20,000 bases of DNA from Chloropicon primus (lineage: Eukaryota): assembly GCA_023205875.1 (NCBI GenBank), contig CP060756.1, positions 1,483,777 through 1,503,776 of the forward strand, in the 5' to 3' direction. Below are positions 18,403 through 20,000 of this stretch, in pieces (positions within the stretch are counted from its first letter, which is position 1; each line of letters opens with the position of its first letter). Under the pieces are notes generated by a model that worked only from the letters and a program-made list of their open reading frames with translations, had not been told where the DNA came from and ran no database searches. The position numbers and the translations under genes are program-made.

Positions 18403-19194
18403 ACATCGACCTGCACGCAGAGCTGGAGGTGACGCGTTTGTGTTGTTTGTGAGAGAGATGGGGAGGGGGAGCGTTGAGGTCGTGTTATGGGGGTCTCTGT
18501 GGTCCAATGGGGGTCCTTTGGAATGCGTTGGTCTCAGTCGCCTTGTTCCATGACAATGAATGGGGGAGGGGCCAGGCCCAGATGATGTGTGCTCGGGTCT
18601 GGGCATTGGCGTCGAGGGGTGGGAGAGGAGAGGTGTTCTTGGGGCAATGCAGGAGAGTGGGAGAGGAGAGGAGGCAAGGAGAGGTGTCTGTGGGTAGTTG
18701 TTCGTGGATTGGATCCTCTTGGTTTGGTTCATGCTGACTTGATTGTGTAATGTAGATGTGTATGATATGATTCTGTTGCTATTATTGTCCATTTTGGGGC
18801 CTATTTTTTGGTACGAATAGTGGAGTGACGGATCCAGTTCGTGTCCGATGGCTGTAAAACTTTGTCAGAAGGGGCTTGTATTTTATATTTGGATACTGTT
18901 TGAATATGGTGTATGTACACGTAGTCCTTGAACCTGTAGAGGTCCATCTGTCGGACCACTAAAACCCAAACCACAGACCTCCATGGAGGATGATGATGTT
19001 ATGTGAATGGAGTCCGTGATGGAGAGACCTGTTCCGGGTGGAATGTAATCTAGGGCACCTGACAATAACGAGGTCCAATCGTAAACCTTACCCTGATCCA
19101 CTCTTCTGCTGGAATCCGTCGTCTTATGCGACCTGGTTTAGGGCCGACTAAAAGCCAGATCACACTTAAAACCTATACCAGAAGGAAAACATGA

Positions 19195-19492
19195 GGTGGC
19201 TTGGATGCACCACGGAAAGCTTGGATGATGCGACTGTGTCTTTCTCTTAGGCTTCTTTTGTTCTCCGGCTCCTTTCCTTGGCCAAGTCGTCCTTCCTTTC
19301 TTCCTCGGGCAAACCCTACTCAAGGCACTTCGGACCCACGAGAGGGCCTTTTAGGCGTTAGGTTTTGGGACTCCCAAGGCTTTAGGAAACGCGGTGGCTT
19401 GGATGCACCACGGAAAGCTTGGATGATGCGACGGTGTCTTTCTCTTAGGCTTCTTTTGTTCTCCGGCTCCTTTCCTTGGCCAGGTCGTCCTT
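19195..19492 (+). repeat. Subtelomeric 100-bp direct repeat (19195..19294 and 19393..19492)
   Basis: Offset 198, two mismatches seen. The spacer contains degenerate telomere motifs (TTTTAGG, TTAGG, TTTTGGG, TTTAGG). Confidence 0.9.
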
Positions 19493-20000
19493 TAGGTTTA
19501 GGCTTTTAGGTTTGTAGGTTGTTAGGTTGTTTAGGTTGTTGGGTTGTTAGGTTGTTAGGTTGTTAGGTTTTAGGTTTAGGTTGTTAGGTTTTAGGTTTTA
19601 GGTTTTAGGTTTTAGGTTTAGGTTTAGGTTTTTAGGTTTTAGGTTTTAGGTTTTAGGTTTTAGGTTTTAGGTTTTAGGTTTTAGGTTTTAGGTTTTAGGT
19701 TTTAGGTTTTAGGTTTTAGGTTTTAGGTTTTAGGTTTTAGGTTTTAGGTTTTAGGTTTTAGGTTTTAGGTTTTAGGTTTTAGGTTTTAGGTTTTAGGTTT
19801 TAGGTTTTAGGTTTTAGGTTTTAGGTTTTAGGTTTTAGGTTTTAGGTTTTTAGGTTTTAGGTTTTAGGTTTTAGGTTTTAGGTTTTAGGTTTTAGGTTTT
19901 GGGTTTTAGGTTTTAGGTTTTAGGTTTTAGGTTTTAGGTTTAGGTTTTGGGTTTTAGGTTTTAGGTTTTTAGGTTTAGGTTTTAGGTTTAGGTTTTAGGA
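19491..20000 (+). repeat. Telomere array (TTTTAGG)n with a proximal variant zone (TTGTTAGG, TTTAGG)
   Basis: About 500 bp of T/G-rich heptamers, with the G-rich strand running 5'->3' to the window end. Confidence 0.96.

Noticed and set aside
14755..18792. 1345-aa minus-strand ORF
   Set aside because: Antisense shadow of the high-GC3 LOX and AKR genes. It has low-complexity R/P/G/V-rich composition, runs through microsatellites and poly-T, and shows no motifs.
18790..19509. Short ORFs 18883..19101, 19138..19323 and 19201..19509
   Set aside because: Short, lower-GC or repeat-derived, with no motifs. A degraded relic cannot be excluded but cannot be supported.
19195..20000. Repeats read as a CRISPR array, tRNA or SINE
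   Set aside because: No repeat-spacer periodicity, no cas genes, no cloverleaf or convincing B-box. The telomeric context explains them.

Overview
GC-rich, gene-dense, intron-poor eukaryotic chromosome end finishing in a (TTTTAGG)n telomere. The style suggests a compact green-algal genome (Chloropicon-like), but that is inference. Left to right: the 3' part of a spliced gene (62-nt intron), ATP10, a four-gene block at 1670-16845, a Tas-type aldo-keto reductase, subtelomeric repeats and the telomere. The block holds two intronless ~1900-aa fusion genes: ~20-TM membrane domain + coral-type catalase-related allene oxide synthase/hydroperoxide lyase (cAOS/cHPL) domain + PLAT + lipoxygenase. Each fusion sits head-to-head with a stand-alone membrane-protein gene. 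The two stand-alone proteins match the two halves of the fusions' membrane domain (295-aa module A, 578-aa module B), and both end in dilysine ER-retrieval-like motifs. Fusion 2 keeps the heme catalytic residues. Fusion 1 lacks the distal His, distal Asn and proximal Tyr but keeps an intact LOX. The membrane-coding DNA is nearly identical between copies while the enzyme domains are strongly diverged. Best hypothesis: a subtelomeric, membrane-anchored oxylipin biosynthetic cluster with an architecture I do not recognise as described. All alignments were done by eye and reference sequences are recalled from memory, with no searches run.
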